A stretch of 64,000 nt of DNA, taken from NCBI GenBank assembly GCA_964291625.2, contig OZ220089.1, positions 32,001-96,000 of the forward strand, given 5' to 3'. The first letter of the stretch is position 1. Each line of letters starts with the position of its first letter. The notes under the pieces are model-generated. The model worked only from the letters and a program-made list of their open reading frames with translations, was not told the DNA's origin and searched no databases. The position numbers and the translations under genes are program-made. The DNA is from Candidatus Latescibacterota bacterium (lineage in GTDB: Bacteria > Latescibacterota > UBA2968 > UBA8231). Positions 1 through 9,668 of this stretch are shown here, one piece after another.

Positions 1-240
1 GTTGGGCCGCACCGGCAGGATGGGCAGGACGATGTCGAGCCGCTCGTTGGCGAACATCTCGTCCCAGGTGGAGTAGGCGGCGGCCCCGAAGCGCCGCGAG
101 GTCAGCTCCAGGTTCTCGGGGTCGGTGTCGGCCACGGCCACCACCGAGCACAGGGGGTGGGCATCGAAGGCGTGGGCCCTCGACGGGCCCGCGCGGCCGC
201 CGCCGATGAGGGCGACTCGGTACTTGGGCTCCTTCGACAT
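1..240 (-). CDS. Gfo/Idh/MocA family oxidoreductase (5' part; runs off window)
   Basis: Manual translation MSKEPKYRVALIGGGRAG...VVAVADTDPENL...YSTWDEMFANERLDIV; Rossmann start typical of the family. Confidence 0.85.
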   Translation of the reverse strand, partial: MSKEPKYRVALIGGGRAGPSRAHAFDAHPLCSVVAVADTDPENLELTSRRFGAAAYSTWDEMFANERLDIVLPILPVRPN

Positions 241-374
241 GGGTCAGGCTCCTTGGGCGGAGGGGTGGCGCGGTACCGGCGGTTCTCGCACAAGGTAGGG
301 AGCCGGCCGGGGGCGGAGCCAGATGCGGCCCCCGCGCCTTGCGGCACGGCGCCGGCGCCCCCACCCTTGCCGCC

Positions 375-1376
375 ATGGTCCACCGCCTGCTGGCCGACCT
401 GGTCGTCCTCCTCCACCTGGCCTTCATCCTCTTCGCCCTCCTCGGCGGGCTGGCGGCCATCCGGCGCCCTCGGATCGCCTGGCTCCACCTGCCGGCCCTC
501 GGCTGGGCGGTGGCCGTGGAGGCCGCCGGCTGGATCTGCCCCCTGACGCCGCTGGAGCGGCACCTGCGCCTGGCCGCCGGCGACGCGGCCTACGCCGGCG
601 GATTCGTCGAGCACTACCTCGTCCCCGTCCTCTACCCCGGGGGGCTGACGCGCACCGCCCAGGTGCTGCTGGCCATGGCCCTGCTGCTGTTCAACGCGGT
701 CGTCTACGGAGCCGGCTGGCGGCGGCAGCGGAGGCCCGACGGCGGCCGGCCGGCGACCGAGGCCGGTCCTCCGGGCAAGGGCGGCGACAGCCGCCGCTCG
801 GAGGCCGATCCCGTGTCGCCGGGGGGGATGTTCCTCGCCGCGGCGGGCGTGCAGGGCGCCCTGCTGCTGCTGGCCCTCGGCGCCGGCCCTCTCCTCGGGG
901 CGCCGCCGCTGCGCGGCCTGCACCTCTCCCTGGCCGAGGTCGCCTGGGGGCTGGCGGCGGCCCTGCCCCCGGCGGTGGCCGTGGTCCTCGCCGTGCACCG
1001 GGGGATCCCCTGGGCCCGGCGGCTGGCGGAATCGGTGGAGGAGATCCTCGAGCCTCTGCTCCTCAACTCGCCGGCGCGCCTGGCCCTGGTGGCGGTCCTG
1101 GCCGGCCTCGGCGAAGAGGCCTTGTTCCGGGGCGTGCTGCAGTCCGCCTTCGCCGCTGCCGCGGGGCCCGGGGCCGGCCTGGCGGCGGCGGCCCTGCTCT
1201 TCGGCGCCGCCCACTTCGTGAGCCGCGCCTACGCCGCCCTCGCCACCCTCTTCGGCCTCTACCTCGGCGCCCTCTACCTGTGGTCCGGCAACCTGCTGGT
1301 GCCCGCCACGGTCCACGCCGCCTACGACTTCGTCCTGCTCCTCTACCTGCGGCGCAGGGTCCGTCTCAAGGCCTGA
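375..1376 (+). CDS. DUF2784-like membrane domain fused in frame to CPBP (CAAX/Abi) intramembrane metalloprotease
   Basis: N-term LADLVVLLHLAFILF...WLHLPA...WICPLTPLE...GGFVEHYL; C-term EEALFRG, FGAAH, HAAYD CPBP motifs. Confidence 0.75.
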   Translation: MVHRLLADLVVLLHLAFILFALLGGLAAIRRPRIAWLHLPALGWAVAVEAAGWICPLTPLERHLRLAAGDAAYAGGFVEHYLVPVLYPGGLTRTAQVLLAMALLLFNAVVYGAGWRRQRRPDGGRPATEAGPPGKGGDSRRSEADPVSPGGMFLAAAGVQGALLLLALGAGPLLGAPPLRGLHLSLAEVAWGLAAALPPAVAVVLAVHRGIPWARRLAESVEEILEPLLLNSPARLALVAVLAGLGEEALFRGVLQSAFAAAAGPGAGLAAAALLFGAAHFVSRAYAALATLFGLYLGALYLWSGNLLVPATVHAAYDFVLLLYLRRRVRLKA

Positions 1377-2199
1377 GGCCGGCCTCTTCCAGAAACGCGT
1401 CCAGGTCCCGCCAGAACCGGCCGAAGTCCGGGGGGGTGTCGCCGTGGCCGGAGTCGTAGCTGATCAGCCGGCCCCGCGGAGCCGCCCGCGCCAGACGCTC
1501 GCCGTGAGCGTGGGAGATGAGACCGTCCCGGGTGCCGTGCACCACGAGGACGGGGCCAGCAAAGGAACGCAGGACCGCGGCGTTGTCGTAGCGGTCGCGC
1601 ACGAGGAAGGCCGGCGCCAGGTAGCGGTGCGCCATGGAGGGCAGGTCGGCGAAGGCGGCCACCAGGACGAGGGCCTGCAGGGGTCTGCGGGCGGCCAGGG
1701 CGCAGACCGCGGCGCCTCCGAGGGACTGGCCGAGGGCGAGGACGCGGTCGCCGTCCACCTCGGGGCGCGAGACCAGGGAATCCCAGGCCGCGGTGAAGGT
1801 CTCGGTCACGCTCTCGAGGGACGGCGCCCCGTCCGAGGAGCCGTACCCGGGGTACTCCACCAGCAGGAGCCCGAAGCCGCGCTCGCGGAAGCCCAGGAAC
1901 CCCTCGGGCATGGTGTCGATCAGGTCGTTGTTGCCGTGGGCGAGGATCACCGCCGGCGCCGGTTTCGCGGGGCGGCTCTCCCGGGCCGGAGGCAGGTACC
2001 AGGCCTCGACCTGGCCGAAGCTGGTCTCGAGCCAGACCACCTCGCGGCCCTCGTGCGCCGGTTGCGGCCCCGGGCGCTCGCGCAGGTGGGTGCCGGGATA
2101 GACCATGGTCGACTGCGTCGCCCAGAGCAGCGCGAGGTAGCCGCCGTAGAGGCCGAGAATGGCGAGCAGGCTGAGCATGACGGTCCGGACCCCCGGCAT
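1366..2199 (-). CDS. alpha/beta hydrolase with N-terminal membrane anchor
   Basis: HGN, EYPGYG, GQSLGG nucleophile elbow, HGTRD and GH triad. Confidence 0.9.
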   Translation of the reverse strand: MPGVRTVMLSLLAILGLYGGYLALLWATQSTMVYPGTHLRERPGPQPAHEGREVVWLETSFGQVEAWYLPPARESRPAKPAPAVILAHGNNDLIDTMPEGFLGFRERGFGLLLVEYPGYGSSDGAPSLESVTETFTAAWDSLVSRPEVDGDRVLALGQSLGGAAVCALAARRPLQALVLVAAFADLPSMAHRYLAPAFLVRDRYDNAAVLRSFAGPVLVVHGTRDGLISHAHGERLARAAPRGRLISYDSGHGDTPPDFGRFWRDLDAFLEEAGLRP

Positions 2200-2248
2200 T
2201 CGCTCGACCCGGTTGCGGGCGCCGGCGGCGGCCCCCGGCCGCGCCGCC

Positions 2249-3415
2249 TCAGCGCCCGAAGATGATCCGCTCCTTCTCGAAGAGCCGCGCCGTGATCTCC
2301 ACGCAGAGGAGACCGAGGAGGGTCGAGGACAGGACCACCGCCAGGCAGGCCCCCACCCGGACCGGCTCCCCGCCGAGGACGTCGGTGAGCAGCACGTACT
2401 GGCCCAGGGCCGGGATGGCGAACATCCACCAGGCGTCTCCGAGGCTCCACAGGGAGGCGATGAAGTGGGGGACCATGGGCAGGAGGATCAGCACCGAGAG
2501 GTAGGTCTGGGCCTCCTTGTACGAACGGGCGAAGGTGGAGAAGGTCACCTGCAGCCCGGCGGCGAAGAGCGCCAGGGGCAGGGTTCCCAGCAGCAGCCAG
2601 GCGGCCTCGCGGCCGCCGATGTGAAGCTCCACGCCGAGCTGCTCCAGGGGCACCCGGCTCAGGGCGAAGAGCAGGCTCGCCAGGGTGAGCCCGACCCCCG
2701 CCCCCGAGAACGCCGAGGCCGCCAGCCACTTGCCCATGACCAGCGTCCGCCGCGGCACCGGGTTGACGAGGAGCGGCTCCAGGGATTGGCGCTCGCGCTC
2801 GCCGGCTGTGGCGTCGATGGCCAGGTTCATGCCTCCCATGAAGGCGGCGAGGATGACGAGCATGGGGATGAAGGTGAACCAGCTCGCCGCCCGCTGCCGG
2901 GGGCTGGCCACGTCGACGTCGTCGATGGTGACGGCGTGGCCCAGCCCGGGGCTGACGCCTCTGGCCATGAGGCGCAGGTTGCCCACGACCCGGCTGTAGC
3001 TTCTCACCAGGCCGCGGACCCGGCCCACGGCCTGGGACGCCTCCTTGCGCGAGCCGTCGTGAACGAGCTCGACGGCGGCGCGGCGGCCCTCGGCGAAGAC
3101 GGCGGCGAAGTCCTCGGGCACGACGAGAACGAAGTCCAGGTCCTGGGCGCGCACCGCCTCCTCCGGGTCGGCGGGACCGTCGACGACGGCGTATCCCCGG
3201 CGCCCGAACCAGTCCATCAGGTCGGGGGCGCGCTCGGCGCCGACCACCGGGATGTCGATGTCCAGGGACTCGCGGTCGCGCTCCATCATCGTGTGGAAGA
3301 TGATGGGCAGGAGGAAGGGCATGGTCATGGGGAAGATCAGGGTCGCCAGGACCGACCGCCGGTCGCGGATCCCGTCGACCAGCTCCTTGCGCAGAACCGC
3401 CGGCAGGACCCTCAC
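2249..3415 (-). CDS. natB: ABC-2 permease, NatB-like
   Basis: KELVDGIRDRR start, AIDATAGERERQSLEPLL motif, 6 TM segments. Confidence 0.85.
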   Translation of the reverse strand: MRVLPAVLRKELVDGIRDRRSVLATLIFPMTMPFLLPIIFHTMMERDRESLDIDIPVVGAERAPDLMDWFGRRGYAVVDGPADPEEAVRAQDLDFVLVVPEDFAAVFAEGRRAAVELVHDGSRKEASQAVGRVRGLVRSYSRVVGNLRLMARGVSPGLGHAVTIDDVDVASPRQRAASWFTFIPMLVILAAFMGGMNLAIDATAGERERQSLEPLLVNPVPRRTLVMGKWLAASAFSGAGVGLTLASLLFALSRVPLEQLGVELHIGGREAAWLLLGTLPLALFAAGLQVTFSTFARSYKEAQTYLSVLILLPMVPHFIASLWSLGDAWWMFAIPALGQYVLLTDVLGGEPVRVGACLAVVLSSTLLGLLCVEITARLFEKERIIFGR

Positions 3416-4143
3416 GGCTCCACCTCGTCGAGGCCGCTCAGGGCGACGAAGGCGTCCTCCAGGTTGGCGTGGCCGGTGCGGGCCCGCAGCTCGTCAGGCG
3501 TCCCCTCCGCGGCCACCCGGCCCTCGGCGAGGATGACGATGCGGTCGCACAAGGCCGCCACCTCCTGCATGATGTGGCTCGAGAACAGCACGCAGCGGCC
3601 ATCCTCGCGCATGCGGCGGATCAGGCCGCGCACCGCCCGCGTGCTGCCCACGTCGAGGCCGTTCGTGGGCTCGTCCATGAGCACCGTGCGGGGATCGTGG
3701 ACCAGCGCCCGCCCGAGGGAGACCTTGGTCCGCTCGCCGTGGGAGAACCCCTGGGCCCTGCGGCCGGCGATGGCGCCCATGTCGAGGAGCTCCACCAGCT
3801 CGTCGACGCGGCGGTCGAGGTCGGCGCCCGCCAGACCCCGGAGCCGTCCGAAGTAGCGCAGGTGCTCGCGGGCGGTGAGCCTCTGGTAGAGGCCGTGGGC
3901 GTCGGGCAGGACCCCCATCCGGGCGCGGGCGCCGGCGGGGTCGGCGGCGGCGTCGACGGCGTCCACGGCGATGCGCCCGCCGTCGGGCTGCATCAACCCG
4001 TAGAGCATGCGCAGGGTCGTCGTCTTGCCGGCGCCGTTGGGGCCCAGCAGCCCCGTCACCTCGCCGTCCCGCGCCGCGAAGGAGACGCCGTCCACCGCCG
4101 TGACCTCGCCGAAGCGCTTGCTCAGTCCCTCGACGGTGATCAC
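3412..4143 (-). CDS. natA: ABC ATP-binding protein, NatA-like
   Basis: GPNGAGKTT Walker A, FSHGE signature, MDEPTNGLD, SSH; GTG start overlaps upstream stop. Confidence 0.9.
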   Translation of the reverse strand: MITVEGLSKRFGEVTAVDGVSFAARDGEVTGLLGPNGAGKTTTLRMLYGLMQPDGGRIAVDAVDAAADPAGARARMGVLPDAHGLYQRLTAREHLRYFGRLRGLAGADLDRRVDELVELLDMGAIAGRRAQGFSHGERTKVSLGRALVHDPRTVLMDEPTNGLDVGSTRAVRGLIRRMREDGRCVLFSSHIMQEVAALCDRIVILAEGRVAAEGTPDELRARTGHANLEDAFVALSGLDEVEP

Positions 4144-5636
4144 TCGGCGCCTCCCGCCGCCGCCGCGGCCTCCGCCCCGACCCGCGGACCGGTGAAGGAG
4201 CGGAAGTACATGGGCCGCCGGAGATCGTCGACACAGCCGGCATCGAGGTTGTCGACCCCGGCGTCCTCGAGGAACCGGGCGATGAGCCTGGGCACGCAGC
4301 CGTAGACCGAGGCCCCGTGGGCGGCGCCGGGCACGATCACGTGGAGCGAGTTCGACAGGTGCCGGGCCACCGCCTCGCCCCAGCGCGGCGGCGTCACCGG
4401 GTCCAGCCGTCCGGACAGGACCAGCACCGGCTTGTCGGAGACCACGGGGTCGTGATAGCCCGGGGGCAGCTCCCCCCGGGGCCAGAAGTCGCACACCGGC
4501 CCCCACATGTCGAGGACCGCCGGGCCCAGGAAGGGCTCGGCGGCGACTCCGCGGCGGTCCTCCTCGGTCAACCAGGCCACGTCCTCGGCGCACAGGACCG
4601 AGAACAGGAGGGGGACGTTCATCTCGCTCACGCCCTCCATCAGCGGCTCCGAGAGGGCCAGCAGGGGCGCGTAGTCGCCGCCGTGGGCGCGCTCGATCAC
4701 CAGCGGCAGGAGGCGCGTGGTCTCGGCGTCGTACAGGGCCGCGCGCAGGAGGAACAGGACGTGCCGGCGCCCCAGCTCGAACTCGACGACCTGCCCGGTG
4801 CGGGGGTGGGGCACGGCGACCTGCTCGGGGGCCTCCTCGAGCCGGGCGAGCAACTCCTCGTAGCGGCTCCGCACCCGGGGGAAGGCCTCGACGCAGTCGG
4901 GGTCGGCCTCGCAGTCGGCGAGCATCAGCTCCACCGAGCGCCGGGCGTCCTCCCCGATGTGCAGGGGCATGCGCATCCCCGTGGGAGCGACGCCGTCGAG
5001 GACGATGGCGCGCACGCGCTCCGGGTGGCGGCGCAGGTAGACCAGGGCCGCGCGCGTGCCGTAGGACCCCCCCCACAAGTTGATCCGCTCGTAGCCCAGG
5101 GCGCGGCGCACGTCGTCGAGATCGTCCATCGCCGCCGGGGTGGTATACCGACTCGGGTCGGCGTCGAAGGCCTCTAGGCAGCCGCGCAACTGCTGCACCG
5201 GGAGGTCCAGGTCGAAGTTGTAATAGGTTGAGTCGGCGTCGATGTCGTCGCAGCGGAGGGGGCTCAGGTCGCCGGTGCCGCGCTGGTCGACGAGGACGAT
5301 CTCCCGGCGCTCGCGCACCCGGCGCAGGCCGACCTCGGCGACGCGCGCCAGGGAGCTGGCCGGCATCCCCGGTCCGCCGGCGAGGAGGAAGAGGGGGTCC
5401 GGCGCCGCCCCGCGGCCGAGGGCGGGAAGGACGATCACCTTGAGTTCGAGGGTGCGTCCCCGGCCGGACTCCCTGTCCTCGAAGACCTCGAGACGGCCGC
5501 ACTCGGCGCCGCCCACGTCGACCTCGTCGGAGCAGGGCCGCAGCTCCAGGGTGCGCTCCGCGGCGCCCAGGGGAGCGGCGACGAGCAGGGCGGCCAGCAG
5601 CGCCGGCAGCCGCCTCGCCGGGGTGGGCCGGGACAC
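4140..5636 (-). CDS. secreted alpha/beta hydrolase (TAP-like peptidase)
   Basis: Signal peptide, GGPG, DQRGTG, GGSYGT, DPVTP...H motifs. Confidence 0.85.
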   Translation of the reverse strand: MSRPTPARRLPALLAALLVAAPLGAAERTLELRPCSDEVDVGGAECGRLEVFEDRESGRGRTLELKVIVLPALGRGAAPDPLFLLAGGPGMPASSLARVAEVGLRRVRERREIVLVDQRGTGDLSPLRCDDIDADSTYYNFDLDLPVQQLRGCLEAFDADPSRYTTPAAMDDLDDVRRALGYERINLWGGSYGTRAALVYLRRHPERVRAIVLDGVAPTGMRMPLHIGEDARRSVELMLADCEADPDCVEAFPRVRSRYEELLARLEEAPEQVAVPHPRTGQVVEFELGRRHVLFLLRAALYDAETTRLLPLVIERAHGGDYAPLLALSEPLMEGVSEMNVPLLFSVLCAEDVAWLTEEDRRGVAAEPFLGPAVLDMWGPVCDFWPRGELPPGYHDPVVSDKPVLVLSGRLDPVTPPRWGEAVARHLSNSLHVIVPGAAHGASVYGCVPRLIARFLEDAGVDNLDAGCVDDLRRPMYFRSFTGPRVGAEAAAAAGGAE

Positions 5637-5638
5637 GC

Positions 5639-7072
5639 TCAGCGCCAGCCGCGCTGGCCGGAGAGGCCGCGGTTCGGCGCCGGGGCGACGTCGCGGTCGG
5701 GCTCGCCCTCGAGGCGGCCGTCGCGAACCCAGCGCTCGTCCGAGCCGTAGAGCTCGCCCAGCAGCCGGCGGGTGAGGTCCTCGCGCACGCCGGCGTGGGC
5801 GGGATCCTCCGAGAGGTCCCGCATCTCCATCGGATCCCGGTCGACGTCGAACAGCTGCAGCCGGTTGCCCACGGGGTACCAGATCAGCTTGTGGGAGCCG
5901 CTCCGGACCATGCGCATCGACTTCTCGTCCTCGGAGTGCTCGCAGTAGAGGTGCTCCCGCCGGCTGCCCGAGACCAGCGACAGGCCCTCCACCGTCTCCG
6001 GGACCGGCAGCCCGCACAGGTCCAGGAGCGTGGGCATCACGTCGCGCAGCTCGGCCAGCCGGTCGTCCCGCTGATCGGGAACGCTGCGGTCGCAGCCGGC
6101 GGCGGGCATGAGGATCATGGGGATCTTCGCCGACCACTCGAGCATGGGCGGCTTCGCCCACAGGCCGTGGTGGCCGAGCATGTCCCCGTGGTCGGAGGTG
6201 AACACGAGGATGGTGTCGTCGAGGAGGCCTTCCTCGCGCAGGCAGCCGACGAGCAGCCGGAGCTGGTGGTCGATGTAGGTGCACTGGCCGTAGAACGCCT
6301 GCCGCGCCAGGCGGATCTCGGCCTCGCTCATGGGCGGCACCTTGGCGCGGTGCAGGCGCAGGGCGCAGGGCAGTCCGTCCGGGTCCTCGGCCCAATCGGC
6401 CACGACGGGCTCCTCCACGCCCAGCCGTTCGTAGAGGTCGTAGTAGGGCTGGGGCGGCACCACCGGCGGATGGGGGGTGATGAAGGAGCAGTACCAGAAG
6501 GCCGGGCGAGTCGGGTCCCGCCGCTGGATGGCCCGGCTCATCTCGCGCACCGTCCAGTTCGTCGGGTGGCAGTGCTCGGGCAGGTGCCAGGGCCGGGTGG
6601 TGTAGGCGTTGTTGCCCATGGCGTGGGTGAGCTCCTGGCCGGGGTAGCCCTCCTGGCGCAGGAAGCGCTCGAAGTCGTCGTCGTCGCCGCCGAGGTGGTG
6701 GCGCCCCTCCTCGCAGAGGATGACCTCGTCGAAGCCGATGCGGTCCCGCTGGGGGTAGACGTGCAGCTTGCCCACGGCGTAGGCCTGGTAGCCGTTGTCG
6801 CGGAAGACCCGGGGCATGGTGGGCAGATCCGGGTCCATGCGCAGGTGCTCGTTGAAGACGCGGTCGCCGTGGGTCCGGGCGGTGGTCCCCGTCATCAGGG
6901 CCCGCCGCGCCGGGATGCACGTCGGCGTGGCCGTGTAGGCCTGGGTGAAGAGGGTGCCGTTGGCGGCCACCCGGTCGAGGGTCGGCGTCAGGATGCGCTC
7001 GTGGCCGGCGGCGCCGAGCAGCGGGCCCGGCCAGTGGTCGGCGCAGATCAGCAGGACGTTGGGCTGCGGCAA
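5639..7072 (-). CDS. sulfatase (formylglycine type)
   Basis: PNVLLICAD, CIPARRALMTG (CxPxR), GKLH, PHPP, FTSDHGD. Confidence 0.92.
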   Translation of the reverse strand: MPQPNVLLICADHWPGPLLGAAGHERILTPTLDRVAANGTLFTQAYTATPTCIPARRALMTGTTARTHGDRVFNEHLRMDPDLPTMPRVFRDNGYQAYAVGKLHVYPQRDRIGFDEVILCEEGRHHLGGDDDDFERFLRQEGYPGQELTHAMGNNAYTTRPWHLPEHCHPTNWTVREMSRAIQRRDPTRPAFWYCSFITPHPPVVPPQPYYDLYERLGVEEPVVADWAEDPDGLPCALRLHRAKVPPMSEAEIRLARQAFYGQCTYIDHQLRLLVGCLREEGLLDDTILVFTSDHGDMLGHHGLWAKPPMLEWSAKIPMILMPAAGCDRSVPDQRDDRLAELRDVMPTLLDLCGLPVPETVEGLSLVSGSRREHLYCEHSEDEKSMRMVRSGSHKLIWYPVGNRLQLFDVDRDPMEMRDLSEDPAHAGVREDLTRRLLGELYGSDERWVRDGRLEGEPDRDVAPAPNRGLSGQRGWR

Positions 7073-7085
7073 GAACGCCTCCCCC

Positions 7086-8075
7086 CTACTCCTGGGTCAC
7101 CATCTCGTCGTAGAAGGCGACGAGGTCGCCCCGGTTCTCGGCGTTGAAGGCCATGCCGGAGCGCGGGTGCTCGTTGAGGATCCCCGTGACCATGTACGGA
7201 TGGTCGTAGCCCCACATCAGCTCCTGGCGCATCGGCTCGATGTGGTTCTGGATGCACTCGAGGACCGGGCGCAGGTGGTACTTCGGGTTGTGCAGGAAGC
7301 TGAGGAGCAGCTCCAGCTGGCAGTTGCCGGCGCCCCGCCCGAGGCCGGCGACGCTGGCGTCGAGGAAGTTGGCGCCCTTGATGATCGCCTGCACGGTGTT
7401 GGCGAAGGCCAGCTGCCGGTTGTTGTGGGTGTGGATGCCGACCTCCTTGCCGCTGCCCCGGGTCACGGCGAGGAACTTCTCCACCAGCGCCTCCACCTGC
7501 TCGGAGTAGAGGAAGCCGAAGCTGTCGACCACGTAGATCACGTCCACGGGCGAGTCGACGAAGAGCTCCACCGCCTCGTCGAGCTCGCGCTCCTGCACCT
7601 TGGAGACGGCCATGAGGTTCACCGTCGTCTCGTAGCCCTTGTCGTGGGCGTCCTTGATCATGCGCAGGGCCAGGGGGATCTGGTGGATGTAGGTGGCCAC
7701 CCGGATCATGTCGAGGACGCTCTGCTCCCGCGGCAGCACGTCCTCCTCGTAGTCGCTCTTCTCGGCGTCGGCCATGGCCGACAGCCTGAGCCCCGTGTCG
7801 TTGTCGCCGACGATCCGTCGCACGTCCTCCTCGACGCAGTGCTTCCAGGGCCCGAACTCGTTGACCGGGAACTGCTTCCGCGAGTTGATGTAACCGATCT
7901 CCATATAGTCGATGCCGGCCGCCACGCAGGCCTGGTACACGCCCCGCACCACGTCGTCGTCGAACTGGTGGTCGTTCATCAGCCCGCCGTCGCGGATCGT
8001 CGCGTCCAGGACCTTGATCTCCTCCCGGTACGAGATCCAGCGCTCGGCGGCGGTGTGCTCCTCCCGCTCCGTCAT
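7086..8075 (-). CDS. HMGL-like/DRE-TIM aldolase catalytic-domain protein
   Basis: LDATIRDGG, YVVDSFG, GIHTHNN, GLGRGAGN. Confidence 0.85.
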   Translation of the reverse strand: MTEREEHTAAERWISYREEIKVLDATIRDGGLMNDHQFDDDVVRGVYQACVAAGIDYMEIGYINSRKQFPVNEFGPWKHCVEEDVRRIVGDNDTGLRLSAMADAEKSDYEEDVLPREQSVLDMIRVATYIHQIPLALRMIKDAHDKGYETTVNLMAVSKVQERELDEAVELFVDSPVDVIYVVDSFGFLYSEQVEALVEKFLAVTRGSGKEVGIHTHNNRQLAFANTVQAIIKGANFLDASVAGLGRGAGNCQLELLLSFLHNPKYHLRPVLECIQNHIEPMRQELMWGYDHPYMVTGILNEHPRSGMAFNAENRGDLVAFYDEMVTQE

Positions 8076-8250
8076 GTCTCTTCCCTGCTGTGCCTGGTGG
8101 TTGCCGAATGCGGTCCGCGGCCCGTCTTGCGGGTCGTCCCGCGGGCTGAGACGGGCCTGGGCCAACGGGGCCCGGACAGCGAGCCTAAGGTCGACACTCG
8201 AGGCCGGTGGCGCCAGTGGCCGGCGCCGCCCGGCGTGGGCGAAGTCGTGC

Positions 8251-8278
8251 TTGACACCCCGGTCCTCCCCCCTATCTT
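8251..8278 (+). promoter_or_regulatory. sigma70-type promoter of the porin-imelysin-DHOR operon
   Basis: TTGACA (8251-8256), 16-bp spacer, TATCTT (8273-8278) before an AT-rich leader. Confidence 0.7.
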
Positions 8279-8284
8279 CCATTC

Positions 8285-8300
8285 GTTTGGCATGCCAAAC
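8285..8300. promoter_or_regulatory. perfect 16-bp palindrome, candidate DtxR/MntR-family metal-repressor operator
   Basis: GTTTGGCATGCCAAAC just after the -10; 14/16 copy upstream of feoA. Confidence 0.7.
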
Positions 8301-8362
8301 TCATGAATGGATTATCGATCATTCGATTGGTTACAGGATCATATGTATATATCGGATTCCGA

Positions 8363-9637
8363 ATGATGGCCCGGTCAACCAGGGGTCCTGCGCGGGGCTC
8401 CTGGACGGCGGCCGCGGCCGCTCTCCTCTGTCTGGCCCCGGTCCGCGGCTCCGCCTCCGGCGAGTCCCCCGGGGCGACGCCCTTCGAGCTGAGCGGCTAC
8501 GGCGAGATCAACTACTGGCGGTTCGACTACGGCCCCGACCAGAAGAGCCGGCCCGAGGGCTCGGCTCCCGACGACCGCGCCCTCATCGACGTCACCCGGC
8601 TGGCCCTGGAGCTGGAGGTGGAGCTGCTGCCCCGGGTCGAGCTGGAGGCGGAGGTGGAGTTCGAGCACGGGGGGACCGGCGGCGCCCTGGAGCTGGAGTA
8701 CGAGGAGTTCGGCGAGTTCGAGCAGGAGGTCGAGAAGGGCGGCGAGGTGATCCTGGAAGAGCTGTACGTGAAGCGCTCCTTCGGCGATGGCCTGGTCCTG
8801 GGCGCCGGCCACTTCTACGTCGCCGTGGGCCAGATCACCAGCCGCTACCGTCCCCTCGACCACTACGGCACGGTGCGGCCCGAGGCCGAGGCGGCGGTGA
8901 TCCCCGCCCTGTGGCACGAGACCGGGATCGAGGCCTCGGGCCGGGTCCGGCGGTGGCGCTGGCGGCTGCAGCTGATCAACGGCCTCGACGCCACCGGTTT
9001 CAGCTCCCAGAGGTGGGTCGCCGGCGGCCACCAGCTGCGCTTCGAGCAGGTCCGGGCCGACCGCCTCGCCCTGGTGGGCCGGGTGGACTTCGAGCCCGTC
9101 CGGGGAGCGCAGGTGGGCGCCTCGCTCTACCGCGGCGACAGCGCCGGCAACCGCCCGAAGCCGGACCTGAAGGGCACCGACGCCCACGTCACCATCGCCG
9201 ACGTCCACGCCCACCTCGACCGGGGGCGCCTGCGGGCGGCCGGACTCTTCCTCCGGGGGCACCTGCAGAACGCCGCCGCCGTGAGCGCCCGCAACCGCAC
9301 CCTCTCCAACAACCTCGACGTCCTGCGCAGCCCCGTGGCCAGCGCCGCCCACGCCCTCTGCCTCGAGGCCGGGTACGACATCCTGCCGTGGCTGGCCGCC
9401 CGTCCCGGCGAGCGCCTCGACCTGTTCGCGCGCCTCGACGACTACGACACCATGAGCGAGGTGCCGGAGGGCTTCTTCGACAACCCCCGCTTCGACCGGC
9501 GGGTGTACACGGTGGGCGTCAACTACGCCGTGGCCCGCAAGCTGGTGCTCAAGGCCGACTACGCCATGCGGCGCCTCGGGGCGGCGCGTTTCAACGACGA
9601 GAACACCCAGGGCCTGGCCCTCGGTTTCCAGTTCTGA
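8363..9637 (+). CDS. outer-membrane porin-like beta-barrel of iron-uptake operon
   Basis: Signal peptide, GYGEINY, EVEFEHGG, C-terminal LALGFQF; precedes imelysin gene. Confidence 0.75.
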   Translation: MMARSTRGPARGSWTAAAAALLCLAPVRGSASGESPGATPFELSGYGEINYWRFDYGPDQKSRPEGSAPDDRALIDVTRLALELEVELLPRVELEAEVEFEHGGTGGALELEYEEFGEFEQEVEKGGEVILEELYVKRSFGDGLVLGAGHFYVAVGQITSRYRPLDHYGTVRPEAEAAVIPALWHETGIEASGRVRRWRWRLQLINGLDATGFSSQRWVAGGHQLRFEQVRADRLALVGRVDFEPVRGAQVGASLYRGDSAGNRPKPDLKGTDAHVTIADVHAHLDRGRLRAAGLFLRGHLQNAAAVSARNRTLSNNLDVLRSPVASAAHALCLEAGYDILPWLAARPGERLDLFARLDDYDTMSEVPEGFFDNPRFDRRVYTVGVNYAVARKLVLKADYAMRRLGAARFNDENTQGLALGFQF

Positions 9638-9668
9638 AGCAGACTCACCTCAGACGGGAGAGCATCCC

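Noticed and set aside
2249-5636. TAP-like hydrolase + NatAB cluster as a novel system
   Set aside because: A widespread, previously recognised gene arrangement.
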